This document shows, piece after piece, positions 63,181-64,000 of a DNA stretch of 64,000 bases (its first letter is position 1; each line of letters opens with the position of its first letter). The notes under the pieces are model-generated. The model saw nothing but the letters and a program-made list of their open reading frames with translations, had not been told where the DNA came from and did not search any database. This DNA is from Mobula hypostoma (Eukaryota): contig NC_086097.1 in the NCBI RefSeq assembly GCF_963921235.1, positions 93,622,001 through 93,686,000 of the forward strand, in the 5' to 3' direction. A program made the translations under genes and the position numbers.

Positions 63181-63218
63181 TAGTCCTGACGAAGGGTCTC
63201 GGCCTGAAACGTCGACTG
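63181..63218 (+). ncRNA. Minimal type I hammerhead ribozyme in the PLE 3' UTR
   Basis: Stem I TAGTC/GACTG, core CTGACGA, extra A, stem II GGGT-CTCG-GCCT, GAAAC-GTC with palindromic ACGT; predicted cleavage after C63213. Confidence 0.85.
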
Positions 63219-64000
63219 CGCCTCTTCCTATAGATGCTGCTTGGCCTGCTGCGTTCACCAGCAACTTTGATGTGTGTTGCTTAGTTAGATTTCCCTGGCT
63301 GGAGATGGTCATTGTCTGATACATTTGTGCTGCTGAAATTACTTGCCACCTGCAGCCCATGAGTTGTCTGGCTTTTGATACTTGCAGACATAACTTGTCA
63401 AATTTGCTGAAAAATTGCAAACAGAATTGCAAGTTGCACAATCATCTGTCACTATTTTTAGATATGGCCCAAGTGTGGAGCAAGAGACACTGAAACGGGT
63501 CGATAGTTCACAGACTTTACTGCAAACAGAATTAGAGGGGAGGAAAATCCATGGCTGCCGAATCCGTGGTTGTGACATCATCAGTAAGCATCCTCACTTC
63601 TGACCTCAAGATGGAGGGAAGGTCAGTGATGAAGCAGTGGAAGATGTTTGGGCATAGGACACCTCCCTGCAGTGATTTCCTGAGATTAGTTTGATTAGTG
63701 TGCAGTGACACAGTCTTCTTCCATTGTGCCACGTTCTTCTCTAGCAATGAGAGTGTTTTCCCTCTCGAGTATATAATAGCCTAAAATATCCTATTGTACT
63801 TCTAAGCACTTATATTTTACTTGCTGGTCACCAGAGGTTCCTCTGGCAATAATTTCCTCCTTCCTATGGCTGGAAGGCCTGAAGTCGGTCACTTCATAAT
63901 CCTATCCTGAGACCGGGTTCTCTACACATCCCTCTCGTGTTTTAAAAAATTGATCACATTTTTTTTCATAAAAAAACCATCTATGCAGTTAAACTTATTA

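Larger units (their letters stand above)
59731..63280 (+). mobile_element. Full-length Penelope-like retroelement (Neptune-type)
   Basis: 9-bp TSD TTAGTTAGA (59722-59730, 63281-63289); terminal direct repeat AACTTTGATGTGTGTTGCTT at both ends; RT and C-terminal GIY-YIG; hammerhead in the 3' UTR. Confidence 0.97.

Noticed and set aside
62680..63441. 253-aa minus-strand ORF (and 193 aa at 48346-48927)
   Set aside because: Antisense to the pyrimidine-rich PLE 3' UTR; low complexity, no recognisable domain.

Overview
Vertebrate nuclear DNA. The repeat landscape (V-SINE/HE1-like SINEs, abundant CR1 and Rex1/L2 LINEs, Neptune-type Penelope elements) suggests a cartilaginous fish, probably a ray or shark (inference). 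The only host coding sequence I recognise is one 92-nt exon (6979-7070, +) of MAPKBP1 (WDR62/MAPKBP1 family). The rest looks intronic and is densely packed with often nested transposable elements: CR1, Rex1, RTE, SINEs, a Buster/Charlie hAT with a decayed transposase, a Harbinger derivative, Tigger/mariner/Tc1 MITEs and a solo LTR. The most notable system is a young Penelope-like retroelement (PLE) family. It has one near-intact full-length copy (59731-63280; RT plus GIY-YIG, one frameshift), two truncated copies, and about ten short non-coding derivatives of 28-250 bp, several with 10-16 bp target-site duplications (TSDs). The larger copies carry a minimal type I hammerhead ribozyme (CUGAYGA...GAAAC-GUC, palindromic ACGU stem III) and a conserved downstream structured tail; the smallest keep only part of the tail. 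Several are fold-back hairpins, and one places hammerheads on both strands. All calls are by eye; no searches or folding programs were run.
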